Shown here: one piece after another, positions 37,254 through 46,779 of the stretch
How positions within the stretch are numbered: the first letter of the stretch is position 1
How the letters are laid out: every line of letters starts with the position of its first letter
Virus record (IMG/VR): IMGVR_UViG_2895791493_000001
Span: 35,726-99,725 of that record
Strand: one strand, 5' to 3'
DNA length: 64,000 nucleotides
Source of the DNA: a virus
Taxonomy: Duplodnaviria > Caudoviricetes
The notes under the pieces: model-generated
Told to the model about the DNA's origin: nothing
The model's input: only the letters and a program-made list of their open reading frames with translations
The model's database searches: none
Translations under genes and position numbers: made by a program

Positions 37254-37273
37254 CCGCACTGACGTCAGTGCGG
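37254..37273. promoter_or_regulatory. Second copy of 20-bp palindrome CCGCACTGACGTCAGTGCGG
   Basis: Identical to 27929-27948; intergenic. Confidence 0.7.
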
Positions 37274-37280
37274 TCCGGAT

Positions 37281-37688
37281 TCAGTACGTGGCGCGGCTCT
37301 TTGAAAAGGCTTCTCGGCTGCAGCCGAGCAGGCCGCCGGCGATCACCTGGTTCAGGGTGCGGGGCTGGTGTCCGAGTCGGCCGAGGAGATCCATCCGCTC
37401 CGCGATGGGGTGCACGGTCAGGGCCTGCGCGGTGATCAGGGCGACCCCAGCGGTGAGGGCGTCGGGGGTGACGGCGTCCGTCCAGGTGCTACCGGGCATG
37501 CAGCCGGTCTCTCCGAGTTGGAGGTGGTCGGTGATGGGGCCGGGCAGGGCGGCGTGGCCGGGCCAGGTGCCACCGGCGGGAATGCGGACGCTGATGCGGG
37601 AGGACACGCCGTACGCGATGACGATGCCGCTGGTGACGGTGAACGGCTGTTCGAGGGGCGGGCCTGGGGTGTAACGGAAGTAGCTCAT
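37281..37688 (-). CDS. Hypothetical protein
   Basis: ATGA coupling; resembles 31211-31654. Confidence 0.55.
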   Translation of the reverse strand: MSYFRYTPGPPLEQPFTVTSGIVIAYGVSSRISVRIPAGGTWPGHAALPGPITDHLQLGETGCMPGSTWTDAVTPDALTAGVALITAQALTVHPIAERMDLLGRLGHQPRTLNQVIAGGLLGCSREAFSKSRATY

Positions 37689-38092
37689 GGGATCTCCAGC
37701 AGGGTGGGCATGGCGGGGGGTGGTGGCGGCGAGGGGCGCTGGGCGACCTTGCGGCGCAGGTCCTTCAGGGCCTGCTGGTTCTCGCGGGCCCGGCGGGCCT
37801 CGTCGAGTCGGTCGCGGGCGCGGGTGGTGGCCTGCTTGTCGGTGCCGGGCCAGCGGTGCCGGGCGGCCCGCAGGCACGCGAGCGCGAAGGCCTGCGCGGC
37901 GTGGTGCAGGTCGCGGGTGTCCTCGTCCAGCGCGTCCAGCAGGCGGCGGGCCGTGAAGTCCAGGTCCGGGACGGCATCGAGGATGGGGTAGATCCGGTTG
38001 CTGCTGCGGCGCACCTCGGCGGCGTGCGCGATCAACATCCGGAGGGTGGTGGGTGGCCGGTCGTCGGCCACGACGTACAGGTCGTCGAGCAC
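37685..38092 (-). CDS. Hypothetical helical protein
   Basis: SD GGAGG, GTG start. Confidence 0.55.
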   Translation of the reverse strand: MLDDLYVVADDRPPTTLRMLIAHAAEVRRSSNRIYPILDAVPDLDFTARRLLDALDEDTRDLHHAAQAFALACLRAARHRWPGTDKQATTRARDRLDEARRARENQQALKDLRRKVAQRPSPPPPPAMPTLLEIP

Positions 38093-38172
38093 GGAGAACC
38101 TCCAACGCGAAGTCCCGCACCGGCGCGGTGGCCAGGGCGGGACTCGAGGGCGGAGCGGAGTGCGGTGTGGGC

Positions 38173-38730
38173 TCAGTCGGCCGCGGCGGGCGGCTCTGCC
38201 GGGGGCGTGGCGCTCACGCGGCGGGTGTAGGCGCGCACGCCCTGCCAGCGTTCCGGGACGGGTGCGTGCACGCTGCGGATCTGCTCGGCGAGCAGGACGC
38301 CCGGTCCGACGTTCAGGACCCGGCCGCGTACCGTCACGCTGAACGTGCCCGGATCCAGGCGCAGCACCTCGGTGGAGGCCTGGAGCGTGACCGTGAACGG
38401 GTGGGTGTTCGCGACGGCGGGCGCGATCTTCACGCGGATGAGGCCCTCGCTGCTGTCGAGTTTCAGGAGCGTGCCGGTCACGAGGACGTCCGTGCCGTTC
38501 GGGCGGCGGGCCGGGCGGATGTTCGCCGGCGGGGCGTACAGGCGGCGCAGCGCGCCGGACGGACTGGTGTCCGGGAACGCGCGGACCGTGACGCGCCGGG
38601 GCGTCTCACCGGGCCGCCAGGTCGTGCGGACGTGAAGGCCGTGGATGCGAATGCCGTCCGGGAGTGCGGTGGGCCAGCCGGTCACGGTGACCACGGCCGC
38701 GTGCGGGGTGGGGGAGGCGGGGTGGGTCAC
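38173..38730 (-). CDS. Hypothetical beta-rich protein (possible OB folds)
   Basis: Alternating beta-strand patterns; in replication module. Confidence 0.5.
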   Translation of the reverse strand: MTHPASPTPHAAVVTVTGWPTALPDGIRIHGLHVRTTWRPGETPRRVTVRAFPDTSPSGALRRLYAPPANIRPARRPNGTDVLVTGTLLKLDSSEGLIRVKIAPAVANTHPFTVTLQASTEVLRLDPGTFSVTVRGRVLNVGPGVLLAEQIRSVHAPVPERWQGVRAYTRRVSATPPAEPPAAAD

Positions 38731-38936
38731 GTGGGGTCCTCCTGATCGAGCGGGACGGCGGCGGCGCGTTCGAACAGTCCGGTGAGGGTCTGCCTGTTCG
38801 GGGCGTTGAGTTCCACCAGGGCGACCGGGCGGTCTGAGGCGGGTTGCAGGCCTGCCGCTTTCAGCTGGTCGCGGGTGGCGAGGCCCTCGGGGATCTCGTC
38901 GACGTACTTCGGGATGGACGGGTTGCGGTGCGGCAT
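38727..38936 (-). CDS. Hypothetical protein
   Basis: Coupled to the rep gene stop. Confidence 0.55.
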   Translation of the reverse strand: MPHRNPSIPKYVDEIPEGLATRDQLKAAGLQPASDRPVALVELNAPNRQTLTGLFERAAAVPLDQEDPT

Positions 38937-40561
38937 CAGCTGGCCGCCTGCTGCGCGGTGTGCTTGACGTGGCTGGTGCTGAACTTCGCGATGCTCAGGC
39001 GGTCGCCACTGTCGAGGTAGACGGTTGGGCCGTCGATGCGTTCGATGCGGACCAGGGTGCCGCTCGCCTTGTGCCGCCAGATCTTCCCGGCCGCCAGGGC
39101 GCCCTCGGCCTCGATGGCCGCATCGACCGGCGCGTCCGCCTGGACCGGGGCGGGGCGGGCACCTTCGTTCTTCACGTCGTACGCGTGACCCAAGGCCAGC
39201 TGCGGGGCCTGGGGTCTCTGGCCGGAGAGCATCTCGGCCGTGAAGGCCTTGCCGAGCAGGCGGTCCAGGGCGTAGTACCCGGCGTTCGGCATGCCGCCGG
39301 GAATGCGGGCGGCGTCGTGCGACGCGGCCTTCGCGGCGCGGTCCAGTTCGGCGTCCGTCAGGCGGGGCAGCAGGTGGCGGTGCGTGCCGGGCAGGGCCAG
39401 CTGCTCGCGCAGGTGCCCGAGGCGCTTGGCACTGCTGGCCTGCATCAGGGCCCGCAGAACCTTCAGACCTTCCGGGTCACGGGCGGGCCGGGCCTGGAGG
39501 TCCGCGAGCGGGATGGGTTCCAGGGCCAGGATCGCCCAGCCCTGAGTGCCGGAGTTCTCCACAGGGTTTTCCACAGGGGCCGCCGCGGCCGGCGGAACAT
39601 CTTCAAGGGATTGGGCTGTGCCTGATTCGCCGCCTTCCACGCCAGACCCGACCAGTTGATCCAAGAGCAGGTCCTCGCCACCTTCGGCGTCCGTGTCTTC
39701 AGGCAGACCTTCAGGGGTTCCGCCGTCAGGCGAAAGGTCATCATCATCGCGAACCTCGGGCGCCTCACCCAGGTCAGTGATGATGGATGATTTTTTCTCT
39801 GGGGGAGTCTCTGCCGGAGTCTCTGTGGGAATCTCTGCTGGAGTCTCTGTATAAGAAATTATCAAATCGGTAGTTTCGAAATTACCGTTTTGGTAATCCG
39901 GTTTTTGCCTTTCGGGTAATTCCGTTATTACCGTTTTGGTAATTTGGTTATTACCCTTTTGATAATAACCAACTTCCCCGCCCCCGGTCCCCCCGGTGGG
40001 GTCGGCCGCTCCGGCCTGGACCTCGCCAGCGGCTCCGTCCACCTCGTCGGCCTGCACTTTGCGGCGGTTGCCGGAGGTGGGCTTGCTGCCCTTCTTGCGC
40101 ACCAGCTCGCGCTTCACTTTCGGCTCCACGCGGCCCGCCTGGCGCTCCTCCAGGGGGGTTTGGAGCATCTGCTGCCACAGCTCCATGAAGCGGTCCTCGT
40201 TGATGCTGATGTGGGTGGTGGGGTCCCCCGCGAACTTCCAGACCCGGAACGTCGCGAGGCCGCGCTGCTCCAGCGTCCGGCGTGCACCCATGGCCTCCTT
40301 GCTGGTCAGGCGGATCTCGGCCCACCAGTCCCGGTCGGACTTGGCCAGCCAGCGGCGACCCTCGCGCTCGATGCTGAGGCGGGAGTCGTCGTCGCTGCGG
40401 TTCTTGCGGGGCAGGCGCCAGTACACCATCTGGCTGAGCATCAGCCCGGCCTTCAGGTCCCCAGCCATGTCGATGTAGATCTTCTTGAGGTCGATGGTGT
40501 CGTTCGATTCGCGTTCCCAGATGATGAAATCCCGGAAATCGGCGATGGGGCCTGTGGTCAC
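38936..40561 (-). CDS. Replication initiator (lambda O/DnaD-like N-terminal wHTH) containing the origin
   Basis: AGLMLSQMVYW...WLAKSDRDWWAEIRL...PTTH motif; internal AT-rich iterons. Confidence 0.8.
   Translation of the reverse strand: MTTGPIADFRDFIIWERESNDTIDLKKIYIDMAGDLKAGLMLSQMVYWRLPRKNRSDDDSRLSIEREGRRWLAKSDRDWWAEIRLTSKEAMGARRTLEQRGLATFRVWKFAGDPTTHISINEDRFMELWQQMLQTPLEERQAGRVEPKVKRELVRKKGSKPTSGNRRKVQADEVDGAAGEVQAGAADPTGGTGGGEVGYYQKGNNQITKTVITELPERQKPDYQNGNFETTDLIISYTETPAEIPTETPAETPPEKKSSIITDLGEAPEVRDDDDLSPDGGTPEGLPEDTDAEGGEDLLLDQLVGSGVEGGESGTAQSLEDVPPAAAAPVENPVENSGTQGWAILALEPIPLADLQARPARDPEGLKVLRALMQASSAKRLGHLREQLALPGTHRHLLPRLTDAELDRAAKAASHDAARIPGGMPNAGYYALDRLLGKAFTAEMLSGQRPQAPQLALGHAYDVKNEGARPAPVQADAPVDAAIEAEGALAAGKIWRHKASGTLVRIERIDGPTVYLDSGDRLSIAKFSTSHVKHTAQQAAS
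39881..39966. repeat. Four 17-bp iterons at 23-bp period (ATTACCGTTTTGGTAAT consensus): probable origin
   Basis: Copies at 39881, 39904, 39927 and 39950; AT-rich flank. Confidence 0.8.
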
Positions 40562-40809
40562 GGTGTTCTCCTACGCGCGCATCGGGCATGGGTGCCCGTC
40601 CGGTCTGTTGACCGGGGACCAGCAGGGCGCGTATCCTGCTGGTAGGCGAAAGTCCTGCCCCACATGCGTGGGGGTAAAAAAAAGGTTGTTCACGGTGATC
40701 CCTTCTGCGTACTACGAGCTGGCCGGCTCTCGCGGAGGGGGTTTCCCTTTTGGTCAGTTGCTCGGTGACCTCCGGGGATGCTGGCAGTGTAGCGCATCTC
40801 CCGTTCATG

Positions 40810-41406
40810 TCATGCAACTGTCCCGCCCGCGAGAGCGTCCTCGGCCTGCGCTGGCCAGTTCCTTCTGATCCAGCGTTCCTCGTCCCGGAGGTCGGCGCGT
40901 TTCATGCTCCGGACCGCTTCCAGACGTGATTCCCGCATGCTGTCCGTGAAGGTCGGGTTCCACCAGGGGCCCGGCCCGAGCAGCGCCGCGCGGATCCGCT
41001 CGTCGAGCGCCTTCTCGTCGGTTTCTACCGGTGCGGGCGAATTTTGCGGGACGGTGGGGGCTTCCGGATGGAACGGCGGCGGGTCCTCCTCGGGCGTCTC
41101 GGCTGGCCGGACGATCAGGTACCGCGTGCCGTCCCAGCTGCTCAGCTCCGTGTCGAACAGGACCCACCCGGCTGCGTCCGCGACCGCTCTGGCCTCGTCC
41201 GGACTGGCCTCGCCGTTCTTGCGGCTCAGGTAGATCACGTCCCCGTCCGCCGTCCCGACCCGCACCTGCAGGCCCTTACTCAGCACGTGCGACCGCTGCT
41301 TGCCGTCCGATCGGCTCGCGCGGAACAGGCCCGCCAGCGTCACCGCCAGCTGCGTCACCGGCTGCGGAGCAGGGGCGGGATCATCAGCGGCGAAGAGGGT
41401 GGTCAC
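40810..41406 (-). CDS. Hypothetical protein
   Basis: GTGA coupling. Confidence 0.55.
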   Translation of the reverse strand: MTTLFAADDPAPAPQPVTQLAVTLAGLFRASRSDGKQRSHVLSKGLQVRVGTADGDVIYLSRKNGEASPDEARAVADAAGWVLFDTELSSWDGTRYLIVRPAETPEEDPPPFHPEAPTVPQNSPAPVETDEKALDERIRAALLGPGPWWNPTFTDSMRESRLEAVRSMKRADLRDEERWIRRNWPAQAEDALAGGTVA

Positions 41407-42146
41407 ACATCCACCTGGAGCAGGCCGCCCTGCGGGTACGGCCGCGCGCCGAAGTAGCGTTTCAGGATGGGCTGGAAGTCCACGGCCACGCCGTCCACGA
41501 CCCTCGTGATGTCGCCGTCGCCCAGGGCGTGCGTGGCGTCCAGCTCGCTGACCACGGCGTACTGCATGGTGGTGTGGACCGCCAGTTCCTGTTCCGTGAA
41601 GTTATCTTTCGTCGTCGTCTTTCCGCGCGACAGCTGGATCTCCTGGGCGACCATGCCGGTCACGCTGACGTTCAGGCGGTTGTGGACGTACCGGTACCCG
41701 CGTTTGCTGGAGCCATGGCGACCCAGGCAGCTGTTCAGCATGATGCTGGAGTGCTTGTGCTGCGCGCGCCGGGCCAGCCAGCGGGACTGCTCAGGGTCGG
41801 TCTGAGCGTCGATCAACTCGGCGGCCAATTCGGCGTCCCCGGCGAGGTAGCGATCGACGAGCTTGTTGGCGGCCGCGCGGTACTTCTTGCCGAGCATGCC
41901 GGGCAGGACCGTGACGATCCGGCGCCACCCGGCTTCACTCGTGACGGGGGTTAAACGCTGTCCAGCACCCGGAAATTTGAGGTTGTTACAGAATGTTACA
42001 ACCTCGGGGTAGGCCTCCACGAGGCGGCGCCACATCACGCGGGGCTGCTTGGCCCCCATGACTTCCAGCGCGTCGAACACGCTGATCTGTCCGTCTGCCG
42101 TGCGGCGGATGGTGGGGGCGTCGGGAAGGGTCAGGGTTTCGCTCAT
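41403..42146 (-). CDS. Antirepressor-like DNA-binding protein (Bro-N/KilA-like)
   Basis: IRRTADGQISVFDAL...FPGAGQRLTPV; SD AAGGAG. Confidence 0.7.
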   Translation of the reverse strand: MSETLTLPDAPTIRRTADGQISVFDALEVMGAKQPRVMWRRLVEAYPEVVTFCNNLKFPGAGQRLTPVTSEAGWRRIVTVLPGMLGKKYRAAANKLVDRYLAGDAELAAELIDAQTDPEQSRWLARRAQHKHSSIMLNSCLGRHGSSKRGYRYVHNRLNVSVTGMVAQEIQLSRGKTTTKDNFTEQELAVHTTMQYAVVSELDATHALGDGDITRVVDGVAVDFQPILKRYFGARPYPQGGLLQVDV

Positions 42147-42306
42147 CAGCAGCTCCTTCAACAGTGGAAGGCCCCCAGCCGTAACTCGGGGGCCTTCTTC
42201 CTTGCCGCGCATCTCTGACCGTGCGCGCCTCGGTCGGTGGTGGGGGTCGTCAGGTGTGCCCTGACGCTCCCCATGCGGCCCCGGCGTGGTGACCAGGGCG
42301 GGTGGA

Positions 42307-42693
42307 TCAGTACTGCTGAACGACGAATCGGGGCGGGCGCTCCAGGACGTCCATGACGTGCTTGACCGCCACGCGGACCTGCGCGAGGCTCACGGCGTCC
42401 TGAAGGTCGGGCGGGGCGTTGATCTGCCCGCCGTCCTCGAGGAGGCGTTGCGTGGCGACCAGGGCCAGCAGGATCAGTTCGCTGTCCTCGCGCGGGAGGT
42501 CCAGGGGCGTGCCGGTCAGGCTGTATGCCTCCAGGTCGTCCCGGACCCGACGGAGCTTGGCGGCGGTGAGGATCGGCGTGATGTCCTGCCCGAGGCGGTT
42601 GTCCTCGGTGACGTGGTTCAGGACCAGGCTGACGCAGCCGAGCATGGTCAGTCCGAGGGTCTCGGGATCCGGTGCGGTGGCGGCGGCCGTCAT
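42307..42693 (-). CDS. Hypothetical protein
   Basis: ATGA coupling. Confidence 0.55.
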   Translation of the reverse strand: MTAAATAPDPETLGLTMLGCVSLVLNHVTEDNRLGQDITPILTAAKLRRVRDDLEAYSLTGTPLDLPREDSELILLALVATQRLLEDGGQINAPPDLQDAVSLAQVRVAVKHVMDVLERPPRFVVQQY

Positions 42694-43184
42694 GCGGTGG
42701 GCGCCTCGGGCAGGTGGATGGTATGGGTGCAGTTGAGCGTGACACTCAGGTGCGCGTGCGCGAGCAGGAGCGCCAGGGGGCTGTGGCCGGCGATGTTCTC
42801 TCCGTGCTCCTGGGCCTCGCCGACGGCGAAGGTCAGGGTGTACAGCGCGAACGCGATGTCCTGCACGTCGAGGACCGGTTCCCGGCCCGCCTGCATGTCC
42901 TCGATGGAGTCCGTGAGTTCCGTGGTGAGGGCGGCCAGGACCTTGCGGGTGTCCTCGTCGATGTCGGGGTCCTGACTGGAGTGCTGAACGACGTCCCGTG
43001 CGACGGTCCAGGCCTGCAGGCCGGTCGTGCCGTTCTGGATCTGGTCGGCAGCGCGTTCCAGTCCGAGGAGCCACGCGCCGTGGCGGTCCTCGGCGGTGGT
43101 GACGTCCACGCCGAGGATGCCGAGGGCGGCGTGCAGGCGGGCGCTGAAGGCGGGGCCGGTGGGGAGGGGTTCAGTTGGTGTCAT
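42690..43184 (-). CDS. Hypothetical protein
   Basis: SD GGAG, acidic and helical. Confidence 0.55.
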   Translation of the reverse strand: MTPTEPLPTGPAFSARLHAALGILGVDVTTAEDRHGAWLLGLERAADQIQNGTTGLQAWTVARDVVQHSSQDPDIDEDTRKVLAALTTELTDSIEDMQAGREPVLDVQDIAFALYTLTFAVGEAQEHGENIAGHSPLALLLAHAHLSVTLNCTHTIHLPEAPTA

Positions 43185-43746
43185 GGTTCTCCGTGCGGCG
43201 CAGTTCCTGCTGCACGCGGTCGCGGTGGGCGGAGGTGAGGACGACGGTCCTGCCGCCGCTGCTGAGGGTGACGCTCTCGATGCCGTCGCTTTCGTTCACC
43301 ATCTTCTGGACGCCGTCCCTGAACTCCTCGGCGGCCGTAAGAATCGGGTTGGCGTTCATGGTTTCCAGCAGGACGCGGAAGTCCAGGTGCGGCAACGCGT
43401 CCGCGTTTTCCCGCAGGGCGTACCCAGACAGGAAGTGCTCCAGGTTGTGGTGCGGGTTGAAGCCGTCCAGGCGCATCACCGCACCGAACCGGAAGTCCTT
43501 GGTGGTGCTCTTGACGAAGAACAGGTTGAAGGTGCGCCTCTCGCCGGCTTCATCCGTGACGTGCAGCTGCGCGGTGACGGTACCGCCCTTCCCGGCCTTC
43601 TGGACGCGGGCGGCGCGGTGTAGGAGGCGCAGGTCCGTGCCGCTCGGGAGGACCAGCGTCAGTTCCGTGAACGGCTCCCCGAGTTTGTTGTGCTTGTGGG
43701 CGAGGCTGTCGAGGTCCACGCGGACGGTCTGTTCCTGGCGGGTCAT
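43171..43746 (-). CDS. Hypothetical protein
   Basis: ATGA coupling. Confidence 0.6.
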   Translation of the reverse strand: MTRQEQTVRVDLDSLAHKHNKLGEPFTELTLVLPSGTDLRLLHRAARVQKAGKGGTVTAQLHVTDEAGERRTFNLFFVKSTTKDFRFGAVMRLDGFNPHHNLEHFLSGYALRENADALPHLDFRVLLETMNANPILTAAEEFRDGVQKMVNESDGIESVTLSSGGRTVVLTSAHRDRVQQELRRTENHDTN

Positions 43747-43964
43747 GAACCCACCAGAGCGGTGCTGACGCCGCGCAGACCGTGGCAGCCGACGACCACC
43801 ATCAGGACGCTGAACATCAGCAGGATCAGCGGCGCGAACTGGTCGGCGAGCATGTGGCGGCGGTTGGAGTACAGGACGCTCAGGCACACCGCGCCGAACA
43901 GCAGGCCGCTCAGCAGCAGAGCGACCGACAGGATCGTCAGGCCCACCAGGGCCAGGGCGCTCAC
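43743..43964 (-). CDS. Small 2-TM membrane protein
   Basis: Two long hydrophobic segments. Confidence 0.55.
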   Translation of the reverse strand: MSALALVGLTILSVALLLSGLLFGAVCLSVLYSNRRHMLADQFAPLILLMFSVLMVVVGCHGLRGVSTALVGS

Positions 43965-44371
43965 GCGGGCTCCGCGAGGAACTCGGTCAGGCGGTGCCCG
44001 GTGACGTCCTCCACCCGGAAGAAGGCGGGCTGATGCCCATGCCGTGCGGCCCAGGCGTCGAACACCTGATCGAGCTGCACCTGCAGGTCGTCGAGTTGAT
44101 CTTCCGGTACGTTGGCCAGCCACTCGCTCGCGGCCGGGCCGTGCATCTGAACCGCGGCGCTCGCGGCTTCGGGGAGCAGGGCGTCCACGCTGCCCAGGAA
44201 CAGGCTGGCGGCGGGCGTGACGGCGCGGGCCAGGAACACGCGCGGGTGATCGCACACCAGGGGCGGGTGGTCGAGCGCGTGGCGGGCGGCGGCGTCGCGG
44301 GTGGGGAACGGACCGGACCACGGGCCGTCCATATCCCAGGCGCAGAGCCAGGGACGGGAATCGTCAGGCAT
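43961..44371 (-). CDS. Hypothetical phage protein
   Basis: WSGPFPTRDAA...PAFFRVEDV; SD AAGGAG. Confidence 0.65.
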   Translation of the reverse strand: MPDDSRPWLCAWDMDGPWSGPFPTRDAAARHALDHPPLVCDHPRVFLARAVTPAASLFLGSVDALLPEAASAAVQMHGPAASEWLANVPEDQLDDLQVQLDQVFDAWAARHGHQPAFFRVEDVTGHRLTEFLAEPA

Positions 44372-44385
44372 GAGGGACTCCTTAC

Positions 44386-44556
44386 TTATAGAGAGGTGGC
44401 GATCAGGACGATCACGGCCGCGATGACGGCGGCCCAGATGACCAGCAGGGACAGGGAGGCGTGTTGCTGCTGTTTGAGCTGCAGGCGCAAGACGCGGAGC
44501 AGGTAGCGGTCCTGGGATTCACCGGGACGCGGTGGGGGCGGAACGATTCGGCCCAT
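44386..44556 (-). CDS. 56-aa protein with C-terminal TM segment
   Basis: Manual translation; TGATG coupling. Confidence 0.5.
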   Translation of the reverse strand: MGRIVPPPPRPGESQDRYLLRVLRLQLKQQQHASLSLLVIWAAVIAAVIVLIATSL

Positions 44557-45086
44557 CAGCGGGACTCTTTCGGGCGGCCGAGGCGGATGCCGAACGGGTT
44601 CAGGCGGAACTGGATCTGTTCAGCCGGCGAGCCGCTTTGCCGCCCGGCGTCCCCGCTGGCGATGAACTGGTGGTCGTCCCACCATTCCAGCGACCAGTGC
44701 CCCCAGCGTTCCCGGAAGTACACCGGGCGGCCCGTCTCTGCGTCCTGGCCGTCCAGTTGGAGCGGGGAGGCTTCGCAGGTGACGGCCCAGTCCACGATGG
44801 TCATGGTCGGCGCGGCCAGCCCGGTGAGGACTTCGATCGTGGATTGGTCAGCGCTCAATTCGTGTTCCGCCATGACCGTCTTCAACGCGACCTGCAAGCG
44901 ATCCCCGACCGCTTCCCGGACGTCCGGCGCGGTGGCCAGGGCATACAGCAGGCGCGCGAGAGCGTCGTACGAGATCTCGGTGGACTTGCCGTAGGGGAAG
45001 ATCCCCGGACCCTGGATGTACAGGCTCTCCGTGCGGGTTTCAATGCCGATCTGGTCATCCTGCGTGTCTGCGACGTACCCCATCAA
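44556..45086 (-). CDS. Hypothetical phage protein
   Basis: CEASPLQLDG...VYFRERWGHW motif. Confidence 0.6.
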   Translation of the reverse strand: MMGYVADTQDDQIGIETRTESLYIQGPGIFPYGKSTEISYDALARLLYALATAPDVREAVGDRLQVALKTVMAEHELSADQSTIEVLTGLAAPTMTIVDWAVTCEASPLQLDGQDAETGRPVYFRERWGHWSLEWWDDHQFIASGDAGRQSGSPAEQIQFRLNPFGIRLGRPKESR

Positions 45087-45646
45087 CCCTCACCTCCAGC
45101 GTCGGCCTGAGCGCGCGCGCGAGTGCTGCCCCTGCCCCGACACTCCGGGCAGGTTTCAGGAATCCACAGTCCCTCGGCGTCGCGCGCACTGCTGGCCATT
45201 CCGATCCCGTTGCAGCGTTTGCAACCCTCACCCCCAGCGCTGGTCTGAGCGAGTGCGGCGGCAAGGCGGGCCTGCGCGTCACGGAAGGCGATGCGGACTT
45301 CCGGAAGCTCGGCAGCGGCCTTCAGTGCTAATCCGTAGGCCCTGCCCAGCTGGATGACGTCGAACCGCGCGTCGTCCTCTTCTTTGGGCAGAGGCCTCGG
45401 GCGGCCAGTCGTGTTGTTGGCGGCTCGCACGGCCTCGTTCACGCTCTCTGGCGTGTCCTGCTCCGCCCCAGCCTGGGCGCGCAGGGCCAACACGGCCGGT
45501 TCGAGCACGTCGATGTACCCCTGGATCACTGCGGCTTTTGCGCGCAGGGTGTCACCCGCGAGGTTCGGTAGGCAGGCGTCGGTGTTGGGAAGGTCGCGCC
45601 GCATCTGCCCGAGCAGCGCGTCGATCTGTTCCAGTGGCCCGGTCAT
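45083..45646 (-). CDS. Protein with C-terminal CxxCxGxG zinc finger
   Basis: CKRCNGIG...CPECRGRG. Confidence 0.6.
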   Translation of the reverse strand: MTGPLEQIDALLGQMRRDLPNTDACLPNLAGDTLRAKAAVIQGYIDVLEPAVLALRAQAGAEQDTPESVNEAVRAANNTTGRPRPLPKEEDDARFDVIQLGRAYGLALKAAAELPEVRIAFRDAQARLAAALAQTSAGGEGCKRCNGIGMASSARDAEGLWIPETCPECRGRGSTRARAQADAGGEG

Positions 45647-46083
45647 GCCCGCTCCGGCGGTCTGGTGAGGTTCAGTCCGGCGAACGCGGGGAAGTGCGCG
45701 GGGACCAGGGTGGTGATGGCGCGCTCCAGCAGCGGCGTGAGCGGCTCGCCCAGGTCGCGGATCAGTTCTGCCGGGGTGGGCAGGCCGACGCGGGCCGTCA
45801 TGGCCAGCAGGGCCGCCATGCGCAGCGGGGAGCCGCACTGCCGCAGGAGCAGGTAGACCTGCATGCCGCTCAGGCCGCAGGTGTCCACGTCCAGCAGCGC
45901 ACCGGGGCCGATCTGTTCGTGGCAGGTGGCCAGGGCGCACAGGGCCGCGACGCCGCCCGGATTCCCGTCAGCGCTCAGGGCGAGGATGGCGTCGTGGACC
46001 GTCATGTCCGCCCGGAGGCGGGGGGCCGGAACTCCGGGGAGGCCCAGGGCTCCGGCGAGGGCTGCACTCGTGAATGCGTTCAC
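45643..46083 (-). CDS. Hypothetical phage protein
   Basis: DGNPGG motif; SD AGGAG. Confidence 0.55.
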   Translation of the reverse strand: MNAFTSAALAGALGLPGVPAPRLRADMTVHDAILALSADGNPGGVAALCALATCHEQIGPGALLDVDTCGLSGMQVYLLLRQCGSPLRMAALLAMTARVGLPTPAELIRDLGEPLTPLLERAITTLVPAHFPAFAGLNLTRPPERA

Positions 46084-46209
46084 AGGTCACTCCTGGCCGG
46101 TCAACAGGACCGGCGGGTCTTCATGAAACGTCGGATAATCTCAGTTCGGCGATGGAGACTGATCAGCCCTGGCGAAGGGGGGAGAGCCCCCATGCCCCGG
46201 CCCTGGCGT

Positions 46210-46779
46210 TCAGACGTTCGGGAAGTTCAGGGGCCACAGCAACGCCGCCCCACCCAGGTACGGAGCGTCCGAGTAGTACTCGAGGAACAGGTCCTCCGCC
46301 CGGGCACTGTGCGGACGCCCCGGCACCCAGAACGCAGCGCTCCGGTCGACCCGCGTCAGGGTCCCGGTGGGCACGTCACCCAGCCACTCCGCCAGGACCT
46401 CGAGGCTGTCCGCCGCGTAGAGTTCCAGGGAACCGTCCGGCATGCCCCGCATGAAGTACTGCACGCTCCCGGCGAGCCGGTCGAGGCGTTCGAGTTCCGC
46501 GACGATCAACGCCCCGGCGCGCACCAGGTTGTGGCGGTGCGTGCCGGGCCTGAAGCTCGCGCGGTCCCAGGGCCACAGGATGCGGCCCACGTCCGTTCCG
46601 TAGCCGTCCTGCGGGTTCACGGGGCTGTGGTCGCCGGCGTGCGCGTACGCGGCGGCTGCGTCGGCCAGTTCGCCAGTCACGTGCTGATCGTCATGTTCCA
46701 GCGTCCAGCCTTCCACCTGCACCTGCCGCTCCCGCTCCTCGCGGATCAGGGCGAGGGCGCGTTCCGGAGCGGTCGTCAT
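46210..46779 (-). CDS. Conserved phage protein (ERxRQ...EGW...HDD...WPW...LVRAGALIVAE family)
   Basis: Motif set recognisable from many phage early regions. Confidence 0.7.
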   Translation of the reverse strand: MTTAPERALALIREERERQVQVEGWTLEHDDQHVTGELADAAAAYAHAGDHSPVNPQDGYGTDVGRILWPWDRASFRPGTHRHNLVRAGALIVAELERLDRLAGSVQYFMRGMPDGSLELYAADSLEVLAEWLGDVPTGTLTRVDRSAAFWVPGRPHSARAEDLFLEYYSDAPYLGGAALLWPLNFPNV

